From: Phoronis australis
Taxonomy: Eukaryota > Animalia > Phoronida
NCBI GenBank assembly: GCA_002633005.1
Contig: NMRA01000002.1
Location: 1,137,278 to 1,201,277 of the forward strand
DNA: 64,000 nucleotides
Direction of reading: 5' to 3'
The translations under genes and the position numbers were made by a program. Of the stretch, positions 61,301 through 64,000 are shown one piece after another (the first letter of the stretch is position 1; the number at the start of each line of letters is the position of its first letter). The notes beneath the pieces were generated by a model. That model was not told the DNA's origin. It did not search any database and saw only the letters and a list, made by a program, of their open reading frames with translations.

Positions 61301-63737
61301 TGCTGTAGGAACTGCGTAGGTCAGTGCACTCTTTAGTAACGGACACTGGTGAGTTGTGCACCTCTACCAGTCAACATTGTCACTCTCACAACTCCCACCA
61401 GTGAGGACCAGGGACCCCATCGCTAGGTACCAGCTGACACAGTCACTCTTATAGCTCCCACCAGGGGACCCGACCACTTACCTGTACTTGTGAGTTCGAG
61501 GACACCGCCTCCGATCCCGGTTGTTATGGAAACATGGGCAGGCGTAACCTTGACGACATAGCCTAGGCAGCTTCTTGCATTGCTCTGTTTTATAATTTTG
61601 TAGAACATATTCTGTATCTGAAATTTGAATGAAACAATGCAGACAACTTAGGAAGAGCTTGCGCGTGAACACCCTCTGTTGAACAGAAACGTGTAGGTCA
61701 AACAACTTAGCATTAAGCAACACCTATAGAGTTTTCACATCTCATTTTATGAGATTCTAGAAAAACAAACCGCACACAAAAATACACTGAAGGAAAGTAA
61801 CACGTGCATTGTGACAAATGATCACTGAATCATTCAGGGTCACAAATATTTACACAACTCACAGCCAGTTGGTAAGCTGCCAAACAACTGTTAATTTCAC
61901 AAAAAACGTCAGTCTGAATGCAACATATGTCAATCAATAATAGAGAGGCAGGCATCCTGTCAGCAGGACTTGTCACACAANNNCCCCCCCCCCCCCCCGT
62001 GCCTAGCCTTTCGATCGTGACACTTTAATGATGACACGAGGAAATAATGAATTCCAAAGAAACAGTCCCAAACCCAGTCCAGTTACAGCCCAAATCAATA
62101 TTAATCAATGTCCAGCTGACCCACAGCTGGTAGTCACTACATGAAGTGACCCCTGGTGGGTAATGGGTACTGTTCCACCAGCTGGTTTGAATAAACTTTG
62201 CCTGTTGCATTGTTATTTTAAGCAGTTTCACTAAGTGACTAATTCCTACCCTCAGCAACCATAGTTTACAGCCTGTTTACAGTTTGGGGTTCAAATCAAT
62301 TTAGAAAGCAAGAGTAAACACAAGCAGTTTAGCTTTCAATTCTATTTCAAGGTAGAAGTGGTTTCCCCCGATTCCTATCTTGACAAGTCCAAGCACAAAA
62401 TTCAAGTCGATACTACCCAGATGGGGGTAGTGAATTTATCCGAATCTTTACACGTCACTATGGCAACGCAAAACAGAAACAACGAGTAGAAGATGGTGAG
62501 ACATAAAAATAAGAAAATGTCGAGAAAACAATCAAATTACCAGTTAGCTAAATAAAAGCAAGTCCTTGACAGAAAGGTGAGAACAGTGCATACACGGGAT
62601 TCGTCCAGCAGATGTCACAGCATCTAAACCGATTCGGTCTTCACAGAGGACACAGGAGAAAAAGCGATCGGGATGAATCAATTCAAAGTAAATCAGCTCC
62701 CAACTGGAGTGTAGACTGGGTATTACAAAACTACCATGTGGTCTTTTAGCCTAGCCAATATTCAGGTTCAATTACTAGTACATATACTGGGCTGAAATTG
62801 ATATCAAACAGGTAATTTATGGTATGATATGAAGTTCAGTGCAATGGATACTGTAGAGTGTTTTCACCACATACTCTGCTCTATTATGGGATATAAATAT
62901 ATATATATATATATATACTTGTTTCACTACATACTCTTTACATTTTGCTGCAAAACATCATGAGCGTGATGTTAGAGAATAAGCGACCACATCAAGATTG
63001 AAACAGACGAAGAGGAAGTACACAGTCAACTGTTGTGTTCAATGAAAGTTGAACAATGACGAGACTTGTTGAGAAAAAGAATACAAACATGGGAGACAAT
63101 CAAAAACTTTATAAAATATAAACATGGGATACAACAGCAACTCTGAAACAGGTGATCCTACCTACCACCTGTTGGAATGTCAATGTAATAATACTGGTGC
63201 TGCTACCAGAGGGGAGTTTTTTGTATTTGACAGCGGCTGACACATTGGCATATTCACGTAGTGAATGGACCTTTTGAAAGGATGGCATGCTTTAGGCCAT
63301 TTGCGCCAGCTAAGCACTACAGAGGGCACCAGGAGTACTTAGTCTCACATGACCCGAGGACACAGCTTTCTAAAACTTCCCACTCAAAGTCTAAAGATTA
63401 CACATGTGTAAAACCTGAAGACGTACCGTTCCATTTAGGGTCATCTGCAGCTCCTTGCTTCACAGTATTATTATCCGCAACTATTCCCGAAGCTATTGCT
63501 AGACTACCAAGCATAGTTGGGTCACCGACTTTCTCAGCCTGTTCCATAAGATGGCGCTCGCGTGCATCATACACGGGCGGTCGCAAGTCATGCGAACCAT
63601 GTGCAAATGCACAGTGTGCACCATTCTTTACACAGTTGCCTCGGGGGTCAGTCTCATGAACACAGGTTCCCGTCTTGTAATACCGCAGGTGGTATCGCCG
63701 TTCTGTGTCACCACCAGTGCGATGCAAGAATGGACAC
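40631..63737 (-). CDS. UNK: RING finger protein Unkempt (tandem CCCH zinc fingers, IDR, coiled coil, RING); 5' exons outside the window
   Basis: Exons 63737-63427, 61617-61482, 54973-54856, 53026-52942, 52474-52371, 49342-49250, 47225-47031, 46649-46442, 46034-45906, 45649-45489, 43423-43196, 42746-42651, 41803-41642, 40807-40631 join in phase with GT-AG. Motifs CPFLHRTGGDTERRYHLRYYKT, CPNVKHGDEWGDP, YCHTRTEQQFHPEIYKSTKCND, DTVESV, ACEAWKTEAEEA and a terminal RING CLLC..PCNH..CDNC..CPYC. Confidence 0.95.
43759..44732 (+). mobile_element. Complete HINE/pearl-like non-autonomous element in an Unkempt intron
   Basis: Starts AACAAGAG. Subterminal IR atgtgcccac (43784) / gtgggcacat (44718); terminal hairpin; ~150-bp internal monomers; short gacg-type microsatellite; A-rich flanks with no TSD. 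Confidence 0.8.
45408..45472. repeat. Short tandem repeat (ctacatctcc... x3) beside an Unkempt donor site
   Basis: Directly visible ~22-bp units. Confidence 0.8.
46870..46995 (-). mobile_element. Degenerate tRNA-derived SINE-like head
   Basis: The - strand reads 'gtggttaaagcatcctgc...agaggttt', resembling A/B boxes. No intact cloverleaf. Confidence 0.3.
47561..48343. mobile_element. PIF/Harbinger (Tourist-like) MITE
   Basis: TIR gggctgttccagtaaaatc / gattttgctggaacagccc with a TTA TSD on both sides. Confidence 0.85.
50383..51755 (+). mobile_element. Young HINE/pearl-like element (nested; spans an assembly gap)
   Basis: AACAAGAG start; subterminal IR atgcgcccaca (50408) / tgtgggcgcat (51743); (GGAC)n microsatellite at ~51673-51708; ~454-bp higher-order repeat. 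Confidence 0.8.
50692..50805. other. Assembly gap (N run)
   Basis: Directly visible. Further Ns at 4489, 20887 and 61981-61983. Confidence 1.
52566..52821. mobile_element. MITE-like inverted repeat
   Basis: 'tttcatgaaa...ttaagacagaaatttggtctt' pairs with 'aagaccaaattcctgtcttaa...ccatgaaa'. Similar architecture at ~24496-24730. Confidence 0.5.
53017..53161. repeat. 47-bp x3 tandem repeat containing an Unkempt 3' splice site
   Basis: Unit acttgtaaatctgta(a/g)tgagaagttagactgtcaactccattagtaa at 53017, 53064 and 53111. Confidence 0.95.
55334..55387. repeat. (CACACG)n/(CA)n microsatellite at the end of a HINE-like fragment (~55128-55335)
   Basis: Directly visible. The preceding 'aaaattttatgaaaatccatcc...ggagagacag' matches the family monomer. 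Confidence 0.85.
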
Positions 63738-64000
63738 CTAGCGACAGACAATGGAACCAGCTTATTGAAACACGATATTGAAAGTTGGAAGTTGTTAACA
63801 CAAATTGACGATAAAAATTCCATATCCATTGCTTACTCTTTTGAGAGTTCTAAGTTGGGCAACTACACTCACAACTGTACCAGATTCAATTCTACACACC
63901 AATCAGGCTTGTTAAAATCTTAACCATCCATCAGATTTGCTGAATATTGATCAATATGTCTGACGGAAACATGGGGATTAAATGTTTAAATATAGTAAGC

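Overview
This is intron-rich, AT-rich eukaryotic genomic DNA, most likely from a bilaterian invertebrate; it is not prokaryotic, and most short ORFs in the track are noise. Reading splice sites by hand gives five recognisable genes: NDUFAF8 (+, 3 exons), CHID1 (+, 10 coding exons, 390 aa), UQCC4/C16orf91 (+, 2 exons), intron-containing histone H3.3 (-) and Unkempt (-, 14 exons in the window, 5' end outside it). Two genes are unrecognised: an intronless 995-aa acidic protein with ~110-aa tandem repeats, and a candidate secreted 10-Cys protein. Introns and spacers hold many non-autonomous transposons: a Helentron-associated/pearl-like family, PIF/Harbinger MITEs and short 5-bp-TSD elements. The leads most worth following are: (1) the Helentron-like family is built from ~150-bp monomers that each carry a co-oriented CTCF-like motif; (2) the fast-evolving orphan repeat protein; (3) the UQCC4-H3.3-Unkempt trio, which joins neighbours split between the human UNK and UNKL loci; (4) tandem duplications that copy splice sites, including a triplicated 3' splice site in Unkempt. 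All calls are from visual reading and recall of families; no searches were run.
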